Source: an uncultured virus (IMG/VR IMGVR_UViG_3300035183_001077)
Taxonomy: Duplodnaviria > Heunggongvirae > Uroviricota > Caudoviricetes
IMG/VR virus record: IMGVR_UViG_3300035183_001077
Length of the DNA stretch: 64,000 nucleotides
Reading direction: 5' to 3' (one strand)
Positions 1 through 10,385 of this stretch are shown here, piece by piece. Position numbers and translations under genes: made by a program. Under the pieces are notes generated by a model that was not told the origin of the DNA, searched no databases, and worked only from the letters and a program-made list of their open reading frames with translations. Every line of letters begins with the position of its first letter. The stretch's first letter is position 1.

Positions 1-315
1 TTGAAAAAATTAATAAAACTCCGCTATTTCCTTATCCAACCATATTTAAAGAATTACACAAAAGTGTATAATTTTCTAGGATTTACAAAATATGATGTAA
101 GCGAATCCATTTATAAAAACTCCGGCTTGAATACGAAATTGAAGGTTTTTGATTTTTTGAAAAAAGAGCTTGCTCAAAAGAACAATGAATTTCTTTTGAA
201 ACATCATGATTCCAGGAGATTTATGGATGAAAAGCTGGATAGTAATAAAGTCAGATATGCTCGAAGAATTTTATGGAAGATTATGAGCGAAATGCAAAAC
301 TGGAATTTATTATAG
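1..315 (+). CDS. hypothetical protein, probably 5'-truncated by the window edge
   Basis: Open frame from base 1; overlaps the next ORF; no motif recognised. Confidence 0.55.
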   Translation: MKKLIKLRYFLIQPYLKNYTKVYNFLGFTKYDVSESIYKNSGLNTKLKVFDFLKKELAQKNNEFLLKHHDSRRFMDEKLDSNKVRYARRILWKIMSEMQNWNLL

Positions 316-620
316 ATTCCGTCGTTTCTGGAATCAAAGTATCTATTATTAAAGAATTGTTGATTCAGGTTGATAAAATCCACGAAATGTTAATTAAATG
401 GGAATCTAAAATATCTGAGACTGTCTCTAAGAATGATAAAGCTAAAAGGAAACTTGAAAGCCTGATGAATGATACGATGTTTTTAATTAATAAATCCGAC
501 CTTGTTTGCGATCTGGAGTATGTAAGTTGGCCCGATATTATTGAGTTCATTGATAAATACCGCAGGATATGGAAAAATTTCAAGTTCATTAAGAAACTAA
601 CTTCATTACCCATAGAATGA
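273..620 (+). CDS. hypothetical protein
   Basis: 115-aa ORF in the co-directional gene run. Confidence 0.6.
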   Translation: MEDYERNAKLEFIIDSVVSGIKVSIIKELLIQVDKIHEMLIKWESKISETVSKNDKAKRKLESLMNDTMFLINKSDLVCDLEYVSWPDIIEFIDKYRRIWKNFKFIKKLTSLPIE

Positions 621-683
621 AGTCAACTTCGGAATTTATAATTAAATAAGTAAGAATTTATTATAGAAAACTAGTGGGATAAC

Positions 684-1091
684 ATGGATTTAATTCTTAC
701 AGTCTTATTAAGCTTAGGGAGTTCTGTTATTGGGGCTATTGTAACGCTGGTAAGCAGATCTTTTGGACTTTTGCAAGGCTTATCTTCTAAAATCAATGAG
801 ACTGTAGATCATAAATTGCAGATGTTGTTTCAGCAATATGAAATATTAATACAAAATCAAAGCACTCGTATCTCACAACTGGAAGTACAATTATCTGAAC
901 TTTCTAATAAATTTTTCGAGTTGAAACAATCTTATTCAAAAGTCCTTTTAGAAAATATGGCTTTGAAGAAATCATGCTGTGAACTGAGAAATGAACTGGA
1001 ATCTCTGGGTGTAAAAGTAAAAGATATAGAAGTAAAAATAAACGGGAATGATAATGGTAACGGTAAATCAGAACCGTGCGACTCGTGCTAG
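684..1091 (+). CDS. membrane protein with N-terminal TM helix and coiled coil (holin/spanin-like architecture, unproven)
   Basis: Hydrophobic N-terminus (LILTVLLSLGSSVIGAIVTLV) followed by heptad Leu/Gln/Glu-rich segment. Confidence 0.55.
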   Translation: MDLILTVLLSLGSSVIGAIVTLVSRSFGLLQGLSSKINETVDHKLQMLFQQYEILIQNQSTRISQLEVQLSELSNKFFELKQSYSKVLLENMALKKSCCELRNELESLGVKVKDIEVKINGNDNGNGKSEPCDSC

Positions 1092-3333
1092 TTTAAAAAA
1101 CGTTTTAGTCCCTCTTGTTTACAAAAAAGCCGCTGAAAATATAATAAAAAATAGAATTTCCCCATATTCTCATATCTCTATCCCGATTATTGTTTCAAAA
1201 CCTTCTATTTTTTCTGATTCTTTTTTTACAGTAAACTTCCCACCAACTTTTGAAAAATTTATAAAAAAAGCATATATTAAGCAATCTGGTTCTATATTTA
1301 CTCCATCGGATATTGATGTTTGTGCTTTTATAGCACCGGAAGAAGACAATAAAGAGTTTTTCCCGCCAACAATTATTAAAATCCCATTATGTGATATAGC
1401 TGAAACAAAATTGGTGAAAACGGCTGGTTTTTTATGCATTAAATTACAATCTTACAAGTTTATGGAAAAGTTTGGTACTGATAAAATTTATGTTTTTATA
1501 ACAAGAAAGCCGGAATTATCCAGTATTTTTCTCAAACGTGGCCTTAAGAAGATTGCAAAGATTATTAAAGAAGCGCAAAGACCTGCTCAGACTAAACCTC
1601 CTGCTGAAGCCAGTCCACCAGTAGTTAGTCCTGTAATTCAAGAGGCTGGAATACAACCAACTTCTCAAAATATTGAGGAGTTGGCCAACTGGATATCTAC
1701 TATTGTTATTATTTTACAGGCTTTAGGCTTAATCCAGATTGATTTTGGTCTTGCCCGCGGGCCAGCTTATCCAAATGCTGTTGCAATGGAAATTCTTAGG
1801 CTTACTCCGTTATCGAGGATGGACTATGATGCTAACAAAATAGCAGGCATATTTGTTAATGGAGCTCGTTTGGTTGGCATTCAATTGGATAGAAAAGCCT
1901 GGTCAGAAAGGGTGGAACACTTTTTAAGGAGTGGAGGCTGGCTGGCTTATCCTCTGCTTACTCCTATTCTCATTGATGTTTTGGGTCCTACGGATCTTAC
2001 TATTTCGGTTACAGCTGCTCATATTGTAGCCAATATTTTTGCTATAAATGATCCAAGAGCTACTCCTGAAGATGCTGCTCGCCGTGCTTTTATAGCTACT
2101 CAAAGAGTTACTGCTGAAATAAAAGATTTTTATGATAAACACCCGTATTTGCAATCAATTCATCCATACTACGTTGCTTCAGACATATTTGAATTAGCTA
2201 GTATTTATCCTCAATTATGGTCGGTACCTCCAGAAAAGCTTGATGACCCTAATTACATTTCTTCTCTTGTCAGAAAAAATATTAAAGATTTCATCCCGCT
2301 TGTTTACATGGCCAGGCTTAATGGCATTTCTACAGCCGCATTGAAGAAGTTTATTATTGAAAATAAATTAACAGACGCACCTCCCCATGTTGTTGCAAAG
2401 GCTTTAGGAGAGGCTTTAGGATATTATCGTTTACCTAAGATAGCTCCTTTTGCTGCTCAAAGTAACGTTTTTAATGCTCTTGTGCATATAAAACAGGCAA
2501 TTAAAGCTAATCCAGCAGCATTATCTAATCCAGCTGTTTTTATGGTTTATAACAAAATGCTCGCTAATGAAGAAGCAATAAAAAAAGGTATGTTCCCTGG
2601 CAATTTGTTTACTATGGCAGAATTATCTATGGCTGGTATGGCGCTTGGTTTCCATCCTGCCCAGCTTCTTGCTCCTGTAACTCAACGGGAAGTTGTTGAG
2701 AATATGGAATTACTTACGGCTGTAGCTAAACATACCTTCATAGATGTAGCTTATGCTTCTGGAATACCACCACATGTAACGGCTATGCTTTTGTATCAGA
2801 TGCAACAACCACATATTCAAGCTTTATTAAATAAACCTGGAAATGAACGGGAAGCCTTGACAATGGCAGCTATTTCGGCTGGAATACCGCCACCAGTAGC
2901 CAACCATTATGTAGGTGCTATTTATCATACGGCTATGAGACATAAACTTCCACCAGAGCAACTGTTATATTCAGTTGCAGCTCAGCAGAGAACTCCTTTT
3001 GACCCTGATTCTACAATAGCCCGCGCTATGGTTGGTACACCACGCTACCAATCACCATTTAGTAGCGCATTAGCATTGCTGGCCGGAGAAAAACCTGTTA
3101 GCGTGGGAGATCTTTTTATGGCTTTTATAGGAAGAACTACTTCTGAACAGAAAGAACTAATGAAAGACATGTTCGGAAAAATAAGAAGAGGCGAATTTAA
3201 TTTGAGTGATATTTTGAGTGAAAGAGGTAGCCTTGGGTTGGATAAAGGGGATCTTTCTGATTTTGCCAGTGCGATTGAAAAGGCTTGGGAAGGTGTGTCA
3301 GGCCAGCGAGTACCTTCAGCGATTTTGCCGTAG
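1048..3333 (+). CDS. large hypothetical virion-associated protein with K-x-A motifs in the N-terminal region
   Basis: 761 aa; YKKAA, IKKAY, VKTAG and IIKEAQ in the first ~180 aa, then a Pro-rich linker and an Ala-rich helical body. Confidence 0.7.
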   Translation: MIMVTVNQNRATRASLKNVLVPLVYKKAAENIIKNRISPYSHISIPIIVSKPSIFSDSFFTVNFPPTFEKFIKKAYIKQSGSIFTPSDIDVCAFIAPEEDNKEFFPPTIIKIPLCDIAETKLVKTAGFLCIKLQSYKFMEKFGTDKIYVFITRKPELSSIFLKRGLKKIAKIIKEAQRPAQTKPPAEASPPVVSPVIQEAGIQPTSQNIEELANWISTIVIILQALGLIQIDFGLARGPAYPNAVAMEILRLTPLSRMDYDANKIAGIFVNGARLVGIQLDRKAWSERVEHFLRSGGWLAYPLLTPILIDVLGPTDLTISVTAAHIVANIFAINDPRATPEDAARRAFIATQRVTAEIKDFYDKHPYLQSIHPYYVASDIFELASIYPQLWSVPPEKLDDPNYISSLVRKNIKDFIPLVYMARLNGISTAALKKFIIENKLTDAPPHVVAKALGEALGYYRLPKIAPFAAQSNVFNALVHIKQAIKANPAALSNPAVFMVYNKMLANEEAIKKGMFPGNLFTMAELSMAGMALGFHPAQLLAPVTQREVVENMELLTAVAKHTFIDVAYASGIPPHVTAMLLYQMQQPHIQALLNKPGNEREALTMAAISAGIPPPVANHYVGAIYHTAMRHKLPPEQLLYSVAAQQRTPFDPDSTIARAMVGTPRYQSPFSSALALLAGEKPVSVGDLFMAFIGRTTSEQKELMKDMFGKIRRGEFNLSDILSERGSLGLDKGDLSDFASAIEKAWEGVSGQRVPSAILP

Positions 3334-3372
3334 TAAATATTTATAATACTATTATTTGTAAGGAGGTTTACT

Positions 3373-3549
3373 ATGCGTCTATTTACTAAAATTATTTTGA
3401 CGGCAGCTTTTGCATTGAGTATTGGATGTGGTGAATCTTATGATTCAAGTTTATATAAAGATAAAAAGTGCAAAGACTGTATTTGCAAAATATGCAGCTG
3501 CAAGCCATGTCTTAATGCTCAATGCCCGTGTAAATGCAAGAATTGCTGA
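3373..3549 (+). CDS. small Cys-rich putative lipoprotein with metallothionein-like tail (absent from ORF track)
   Basis: AAGGAGG RBS upstream; MRLFTKIILTAAFALSIGC signal/lipobox, then 10 Cys in the last 26 of 58 aa. Confidence 0.7.
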   Translation: MRLFTKIILTAAFALSIGCGESYDSSLYKDKKCKDCICKICSCKPCLNAQCPCKCKNC

Positions 3550-3632
3550 CCTATTCCTTCTGTAATGGCCGTGTGCCAATAGTAAAAAGCCGGTTATACT
3601 ACTCGTATATGGCAGAAAGAAGATGATAGACT

Positions 3633-4487
3633 ATGACTGAAAGGTTGCAGCCACTTATTTGGATTGGTGGAAAATATTATCTGACAAAACATTTGCTGCC
3701 TCTAATTCCTGAACACTTTTCTTACGTAGAAGTATTTGGCGGGGCAGCCGCTCTTTTATTTGCTAAAAAACCTTCAAAATTAGAAGTTTATAACGACATA
3801 AATTCTGATTTAGTCAATTTCTTTCGAGTTTTAAGGGATGAGAATAAATTTAAAGAATTTTATAAAAGAGTATGTTTAATTCCTTACAGTCGTGAAGAAT
3901 TTTATTTTTGCAGAGATACTTATACAGACTCTTCTTTAGATGAAATAGAAAGAGCCGTAAGGTTTTTTGTTGCTGTGCGGCAATCTTTTAGTGGTAATAT
4001 ATCATCATGGTCGTATTCCCGCTCGTTTTCAAGGCGTGGAATGAGTATGGTAGTTTCGGCTTACTTGAATTGTATCGAAATGCTGCCAGAAGTACACGAA
4101 AGATTGATACGTGTTCAAGTCGAGCATGATGATTTCAGGAATATTTTAAAAAGATATGACACAAAAGATACTTTCTTTTATTGTGATCCGCCTTATGTTC
4201 CTGAAACAAGACGGGATGATAAATATTATGAATATGAAATGACTTTAGAAGACCACAAAGAACTGGTTGAAATTTTATTAAATTTGAAAGGAAAAGTAAT
4301 GCTTTCTGGATATGATCATGAAGTTTACAGACCATTAGAAGAAAATGGATGGATAAAAAAATCGTTTGACGTTCCCTGTCATGGCAGTTTAGTTACCAGA
4401 GATGAAAACAATAATATTACCACCAAGAAAGAACGAAGGATAGAATGTGTTTGGCTATCATATAATGTTGATGGTGGTTTATTGTAA
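3633..4487 (+). CDS. dam: Dam-family (D12 class) DNA N6-adenine methyltransferase
   Basis: WIGGK, EVFGGAA (motif I), NDIN and YCDPPY (motif IV). Confidence 0.9.
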   Translation: MTERLQPLIWIGGKYYLTKHLLPLIPEHFSYVEVFGGAAALLFAKKPSKLEVYNDINSDLVNFFRVLRDENKFKEFYKRVCLIPYSREEFYFCRDTYTDSSLDEIERAVRFFVAVRQSFSGNISSWSYSRSFSRRGMSMVVSAYLNCIEMLPEVHERLIRVQVEHDDFRNILKRYDTKDTFFYCDPPYVPETRRDDKYYEYEMTLEDHKELVEILLNLKGKVMLSGYDHEVYRPLEENGWIKKSFDVPCHGSLVTRDENNNITTKKERRIECVWLSYNVDGGLL

Positions 4488-4543
4488 TTTTTATAATTGT
4501 TTATGAGAACCAGTAGTAGTAGCTTAATAAAGTAGGAAGAAGC

Positions 4544-5233
4544 ATGCACAAACTAACGAAGCAAATAGTTAAAATCTTAAAAATAGCTGCTACAGCAAGT
4601 AATTTATCTAACAGAAACAATTTGGTAGTTGATCCTAATAGGTTTGAAAGGAAAAAAGCCGTTTTACCTCCAGCTTTAGCTAATGTTCTTGGAGGTGGAG
4701 TTATTGGAAGGAAGTCATTACCAAGTCCCGAAGACATGGAAGAAGAAATAAGAACCAGGCTTGATTCTATGAAAATTCCTAAAGACGTTGCTAATTTACA
4801 GCTTGCCAGGGATATGCATATTATGATAAATAAATTCTACGTTCCTTTAATTGACAGTATTCGCAATGATTTTGAACAACGTCGTCTTGTAGCCGAAGAT
4901 AGTTACCTTGCTTCACCTTATTACCCAGCTATTGCAGCAGATAAATATACGGCCAATTATTACAGAACTATGGCTAATGCTATGGAAGCATATTTGAAAG
5001 GCACTGCCAGCCGACAATTAAGAGCTTTGGTTGAACGGATAAGTAAAGAAGATAATATAAAAATAACTCCAGAATTAGTTAAAAAATATAAAGATATCGC
5101 TGAATATCATGATGAAAGATATAATCTTGGTTCACGCTTGCATAAACATCATTTAGAGACAGGTGGTTTTGGAGGTTCCCCAGAATCCAGATACTCCCGT
5201 AGGTACGAAGAATTAAATAAATCACCCAAATAA
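4544..5233 (+). CDS. hypothetical protein with K-x-A leader (putative internal head protein)
   Basis: N-terminus MHKLTKQIVKILKIAA. Confidence 0.7.
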   Translation: MHKLTKQIVKILKIAATASNLSNRNNLVVDPNRFERKKAVLPPALANVLGGGVIGRKSLPSPEDMEEEIRTRLDSMKIPKDVANLQLARDMHIMINKFYVPLIDSIRNDFEQRRLVAEDSYLASPYYPAIAADKYTANYYRTMANAMEAYLKGTASRQLRALVERISKEDNIKITPELVKKYKDIAEYHDERYNLGSRLHKHHLETGGFGGSPESRYSRRYEELNKSPK

Positions 5234-5248
5234 GGAGAGACACAAACA

Positions 5249-5716
5249 ATGCGTAAAAGAAATTTAATGAAATTAAGTAGTAAAATAATAAATATTTTGA
5301 AAGTAGCAGCTTCGTTGGGATCGAATATTACAGAAAATAAACTGCTAGCTGATCAAAGTTCGCCTTTAAATGAAAGTTTTCGTTATATGACGCATCCCGC
5401 ATCGGCTATTTTACAAATGCATCCTAAAACGTTTAGAGATTTTTCTCGTGATATGATTAGTTTATTTGAAGAAATAAATAAGGAAACTAAAAAGTATTAT
5501 GGAGAAGGAACTGATGAAAAAACTAAAGCAGAAGCTGCAAAAAGATTGCAGGAATTAAATGCGAAAGGTTTTGAATTATTAAAACATTATAAAGTTTCAC
5601 CACATCAGTTCGGCACTTATTTGAATGCTATACGTAATCCACACGAATATTTTAAGAGAGTATTTTTGTACGGTGAACGACCGGATGAGCTAGACTGGAC
5701 AGAAAGATCAAGATAG
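5249..5716 (+). CDS. hypothetical protein with K-x-A leader
   Basis: AAGGAG RBS; N-terminus ...KLSSKIINILKVAA. Confidence 0.7.
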   Translation: MRKRNLMKLSSKIINILKVAASLGSNITENKLLADQSSPLNESFRYMTHPASAILQMHPKTFRDFSRDMISLFEEINKETKKYYGEGTDEKTKAEAAKRLQELNAKGFELLKHYKVSPHQFGTYLNAIRNPHEYFKRVFLYGERPDELDWTERSR

Positions 5717-5729
5717 AGTAAAAGATAGA

Positions 5730-6716
5730 ATGCAATCGAAAAATAATATTGTTAAAAAATTAACCAAACTGATAAAAATTGCTATTGGGAATACTGAAGA
5801 CACTCGTCGAGAACCTAACATCAGTAGCTATTTTAAAACTAAACCGGATATTACACCAAGAAAATCGGACCAATTTCTTTCACCGTGGGATCCAGGATTT
5901 AATTTAACTTACGCAATTAATATTACACCGCATTTAGTTCCTAACAATTTTTATCTTCATCCATCATTTCGTTATTACCATGATAAAATGGTAAAATACT
6001 CTACCAATCTGGAAAAATTATTGAAGGATAGTGAAAGCAGAAAAGATGTTTTTGAGAAAATGTATGGATTTGTAATTACTGCAGGTTATTTTGCCGAACA
6101 TTCTCAAGGACTCAAAGATAAAATGTATGATTCTTTTAAGAAAGATGAAAATATAGATGATAGATTGAACTTTTTAAGAAAACTTAAAAATGCTTATGAT
6201 GAACCTGCCACAGATTTTACGGTAAACGCTTATTATAGTGGTGTTAGATATTATGCTTATTCTGCACTAGCACAATTTATAGAATCGTATTTGAAAATAA
6301 GGCCTACTTTAAGGCCTGACGAGAGAGAACAGATAGAGAAAGAAATTAAAGTAATATTACTTAAAAACCGCATGTATCATCCACGTCCATTAAGGGGCGA
6401 CCTGCGATATTTACCTGATTTTTCTGTAAGTAAGTCATATGGGCCAGCTCAGCTTCAGGAATTTAATAAAAGATTGAAAGCCCATGCCGCTGCTCATCGG
6501 GAGTTATATGAAGTAGCAACAAAACTGGATGATTTACACAGAAAAAAGATTTTTTCCAGAAAAGAGACTATACCTGCTGGAGAAATATCAGGACGTACAG
6601 AATATAAATTGTATGAAAGATATAAGGAATTGTTGAATGAGATAAATAAACTGGAAGAAGAAATGCCAGTACATGATACCCACAGCTATAATCCTATATT
6701 ACCGGAAATGACATGA
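5730..6716 (+). CDS. hypothetical protein with K-x-A leader
   Basis: N-terminus MQSKNNIVKKLTKLIKIAI; a central YYxALA-like helix resembles the 4544 protein. Confidence 0.7.
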   Translation: MQSKNNIVKKLTKLIKIAIGNTEDTRREPNISSYFKTKPDITPRKSDQFLSPWDPGFNLTYAINITPHLVPNNFYLHPSFRYYHDKMVKYSTNLEKLLKDSESRKDVFEKMYGFVITAGYFAEHSQGLKDKMYDSFKKDENIDDRLNFLRKLKNAYDEPATDFTVNAYYSGVRYYAYSALAQFIESYLKIRPTLRPDEREQIEKEIKVILLKNRMYHPRPLRGDLRYLPDFSVSKSYGPAQLQEFNKRLKAHAAAHRELYEVATKLDDLHRKKIFSRKETIPAGEISGRTEYKLYERYKELLNEINKLEEEMPVHDTHSYNPILPEMT

Positions 6717-7003
6717 TGATATTAAACAATCTTAAATATCTCTTCGTCCCTGCCATTATTTTTCTTCTTGGTGTAGTCTTTGGTGCTGTTGGTACTGTTG
6801 TAGAGTTTGAAATTTTATATTCTTACCTTCAAGATTGGCATCTTCATCCCAAGACATGGGTATATGTCTGGGGTTCGGCATTAGCATTGGTTAGAGATGT
6901 TCTGACAGTTTATGTTGCCGCAGTTTTTATTTTATTAATAATCAAAGTAATACAGGTTTTCATAGATTACTGGCGGTTATACAAGTTTGGGTTAAAGAAA
7001 TAG
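6713..7003 (+). CDS. small membrane protein (2-3 TM segments)
   Basis: Hydrophobic stretches, basic C-terminus, ATGA overlap with the upstream gene. Confidence 0.6.
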   Translation: MMILNNLKYLFVPAIIFLLGVVFGAVGTVVEFEILYSYLQDWHLHPKTWVYVWGSALALVRDVLTVYVAAVFILLIIKVIQVFIDYWRLYKFGLKK

Positions 7004-7067
7004 TTATGGTGTAATTGTTTAAATCTCAAGAAGTTATTTTTTATAATTTATTGAATACTCTCAGTAT

Positions 7068-8735
7068 ATGCAGGGATACAGTATGGGTTATAGAGAGAAG
7101 ATAGCGGGGAAAATTATAAAATTGTGTAAAGTTGCGGCTGATGATGGTCAGACAGGTGGAGGTACTCAGGTAACTACTACACCAGCAACCAGTGATGTAC
7201 AGGCAAATAAGAAGAAAAAACCGCCTGTAATGTCGCTTGATGCTTCAGGTCGTTTGCAAGCTGTACCTAAAGGTACACCCTGGTATGATCAGCCTTTACC
7301 TCAGCAGCAAGGCCCAGGGCTTTTATCCAGCCCTGCCTTTGATGCCAGAACTTACGCCGATCCAATTGCAGAAGGGATATCTTCTGGTTTCAGGGGATTT
7401 CATAGGAATTTTGGGAGATATGCTAATATATTTTTCTGGGATAAATACCGGTGGTGGTCGAGGGGGCCTGATGACGATGAATATGAACATGCTTTAACAG
7501 ATCATATTGTAACGCTTGGCGGTTTACTTGGACTTGCCGGTTTGGGTACATCGCTGATGCTTTATGGTCGTGAGCGAAAGAATATAAGGGAATATAATCG
7601 TAGGTTGAATGAAGCCAAAATAAGGTATGAAAGCTTTTTAGCTGGAAATTTCTCGCCTGATTATGTTAATAAAATGTTTTCTGCTACTCAGGGAGTTTTA
7701 GCCAGAGGATTATTCAGTTCATCGCTGGTAAGTTTGAGAACTATTAATTTAAGAGATTTAGACCCGCTTGCTTATAGAAATCAGGATGGTAAAGTCGTTT
7801 TGCCAAGCCTTAAACCAGCTTTGCAGTTATTGACGCTTGAGATGATGGAAGAAAAGCACAGTAAAACCTTTGAAACTAATCCAGATGCCCAGAACAGATT
7901 CAAACAGGCCGTTGATAATATTAGAAATGGTGTATTAGCCAGTAATTTTGAAGTTTTAAAAGATCTGGAAAATCAGCGTATTAAACGGAACTTTGATGGA
8001 ATGATGAAAAAAGTTAATGAAGAAGCAGCTAATAATAGAAGAGTTGGGTTTACTTTTATTGCCTTAGCAACGGAAAAAGTAAGGCAAAGGGTTACAAAGC
8101 CTGATGGAAGTTCTGAAGTAGCTACAGTCAATAGACCCAGTTTTGTAAGAGTAACGTATACTGGTAGAGGTCAGCAGACGATTGTGAGAAGGTTGAATGA
8201 AGGTGAAGCAAATGGAATTTTAGATTATTTCAATTCCCGTTATGAAAGAGCTCAGGAAGCTCTAAATATTTTGGAAAGATATATCACAAATAGAGATGCT
8301 AAGACAATAATTGGAGGGTTACGTGCTGATTTGACACAGTCGCGGGATGAGGTTGTAAAATCTGGAGAAGGTGAAAATATAGCTAAATTAGCCGATATTG
8401 TTTTGAGAACCTCCGAGAGAACCCAGAAAATGGCTATGGAATTGAGAAGATTTGCATTGCCGGAGCTGCAAAAAAGCACTGTTAATGAGGGTTTACATGC
8501 ACTCAATAGAGCACTATGGGATTTATCTTCACCAATAGTCGATCATCGTGGAGCTCGAATACTTGTGCTGGATAGAAATGTTGCGGAATCTTTAAATCTG
8601 AGAGCATATCCAGCCATCAGAAGTAGTTCGTTAGATGTGGCGGGTTTGGAAGGAACAAGAAGAATGAGGGAATTTGCACGGGTGCAAGTGAGAACAGGGG
8701 GGAGATCGCCAATTAGAATCGGCAGAGGAAGGTAA
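7068..8735 (+). CDS. leader/Gly-TM/Arg-tail family protein 1 (start may be ATG 7083)
   Basis: KIIKLCKVAA leader; LGGLLGLAGLG segment; ends RIGRGR. Confidence 0.75.
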   Translation: MQGYSMGYREKIAGKIIKLCKVAADDGQTGGGTQVTTTPATSDVQANKKKKPPVMSLDASGRLQAVPKGTPWYDQPLPQQQGPGLLSSPAFDARTYADPIAEGISSGFRGFHRNFGRYANIFFWDKYRWWSRGPDDDEYEHALTDHIVTLGGLLGLAGLGTSLMLYGRERKNIREYNRRLNEAKIRYESFLAGNFSPDYVNKMFSATQGVLARGLFSSSLVSLRTINLRDLDPLAYRNQDGKVVLPSLKPALQLLTLEMMEEKHSKTFETNPDAQNRFKQAVDNIRNGVLASNFEVLKDLENQRIKRNFDGMMKKVNEEAANNRRVGFTFIALATEKVRQRVTKPDGSSEVATVNRPSFVRVTYTGRGQQTIVRRLNEGEANGILDYFNSRYERAQEALNILERYITNRDAKTIIGGLRADLTQSRDEVVKSGEGENIAKLADIVLRTSERTQKMAMELRRFALPELQKSTVNEGLHALNRALWDLSSPIVDHRGARILVLDRNVAESLNLRAYPAIRSSSLDVAGLEGTRRMREFARVQVRTGGRSPIRIGRGR

Positions 8736-8757
8736 TAAATCATATATAGGAAAAATC

Positions 8758-10377
8758 ATGAATAAAAACAGATTGGCAAAAGCTATTACTTCAATTATTA
8801 AAAAAGCACAAGAGAATTCTAATAATGGGACTGGTAATCCACAATCTGGGGTAGGAGACCCAGATAGTTCTCATAATCAGGGAACTGGTTCAGGAAGTTC
8901 TATATGGCCGTGGGTAGTATGGGGTGGGCTTGGTACGCTTGGTACGCTTGGTGCTGGTGGTGGTATATATGCTGCTTATAGAAAGTGGCCACAAATTTCT
9001 GGTGCTGCTCAATCAGCCTGGGAAGGGATAAAATGGCCGTTTAAATTTATACACCAGCGTTTAAAACCTTCTACAGGTACAGCGTCTACTGCCACGCCAG
9101 AACAGCAGGTTAGTCAGTCTGTACCCGAATCTCAGCAGACACCTACTCCTGTCTCACCTATCACAACTAATGTAGTTAATCCTGCACAACCTGAAGAAAA
9201 ACCCCCCGCCATACAGCATCCTGAATACAATCCGGCTGGAAAATATGCTTTTCAATCTGATTTAATTGAATTGTATGAAAGTATAACCAGATATCGGGTA
9301 GGACAAACCTGGGGTACTGACCGATCGTTTTACGGAGAAACAGATAATACCGGTAGAATATTGTCCCACGGAGCATTTCATGTATATAGTGAGAACTTAA
9401 AACGTTTATTTGGAGATACTGAAATAGCAAAAGACCCGGTTGCTGGCAGGCCAGCGCAACTTCTTGCTATTTTGGCTACGATGGAAGAATTACCAAGCAG
9501 AAAGGAGTTCAGTAGAGTTGGTGGTGGTGGAGGTAAGGCGGTAATAGCAGCACGTGCTCTAGAACACCGATATAAATTCTTGTCTGAGGTTTATTATCCA
9601 GCTTCTTATCTGGAAACAAGAGTAGAGAAGCAATCATTGAAAAGCTTGTTCCAAGAAGCAATAAAGAATAATCGTCCTCTTACATTTATTGGTGGTCGGG
9701 ACGGTAAATTTAAAGTTTTTACGTGGAATCCCAACGGTCGTGTAACTACAGAAGATTTATCAGAGGCTGATGTTTCTACGCTTAGAAATGTATTACGGCA
9801 GCATATTCGCAGCAGATTGCAAGCTACGCAACATCTGTTGGGTTATGCTGATGAGGTATTAAAACAAGAGTCTACAATAAAACCAGGAGAGGAAGAAAAA
9901 TGGCAGAAAAAAAGAGATAATTTTATCCAGACTAGAGATGAAATACGCAATTATCAGGATAGGCTGAGTGGTATTGATAAAATTCTGGAAAAAGGCCAGT
10001 TTACTGATGCCGGAGGAGAATTATATTCTATTACTAAAGAATTAATAAAAACTCAAAGAGAGTTGGCAATGTCAAAAACTGTTGTTTCTTTTCTAAATTC
10101 TGGATATTATTTGACCGAGCAAGTTCGCCCTTCAACTGATATTCTTAAATATTTTCAGACTGGTGAGCCGGCATTCAGAATAACTGAGGCTAGAGGTAGG
10201 TTATCTGGTTTGAATGGCGTACTGTTGCCAGTAGTAAATCCCACTGATCAGTTTTCCTTACCAAATACTGATATTGGGAAAATATTGATTAGACGACAGC
10301 AACCGGTTTATAGCATGCATTCAGATTCTAGAGTAGTCTCGTTCGTGAGGGGCTTATCAAGAGCTGGTAGAAGATAA
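8758..10377 (+). CDS. leader/Gly-TM/Arg-tail family protein 2
   Basis: AITSIIKKAQ leader; WGGLGTLGTLGAGGGIYAAYRKW; ends FVRGLSRAGRR. Confidence 0.75.
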   Translation: MNKNRLAKAITSIIKKAQENSNNGTGNPQSGVGDPDSSHNQGTGSGSSIWPWVVWGGLGTLGTLGAGGGIYAAYRKWPQISGAAQSAWEGIKWPFKFIHQRLKPSTGTASTATPEQQVSQSVPESQQTPTPVSPITTNVVNPAQPEEKPPAIQHPEYNPAGKYAFQSDLIELYESITRYRVGQTWGTDRSFYGETDNTGRILSHGAFHVYSENLKRLFGDTEIAKDPVAGRPAQLLAILATMEELPSRKEFSRVGGGGGKAVIAARALEHRYKFLSEVYYPASYLETRVEKQSLKSLFQEAIKNNRPLTFIGGRDGKFKVFTWNPNGRVTTEDLSEADVSTLRNVLRQHIRSRLQATQHLLGYADEVLKQESTIKPGEEEKWQKKRDNFIQTRDEIRNYQDRLSGIDKILEKGQFTDAGGELYSITKELIKTQRELAMSKTVVSFLNSGYYLTEQVRPSTDILKYFQTGEPAFRITEARGRLSGLNGVLLPVVNPTDQFSLPNTDIGKILIRRQQPVYSMHSDSRVVSFVRGLSRAGRR

Positions 10378-10385
10378 TAGAGCAT

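Noticed and set aside
1048..3333. Tape measure protein assignment
   Set aside because: Ala-rich and helical, but no tail genes are adjacent and no periodic aromatic repeats were recognised
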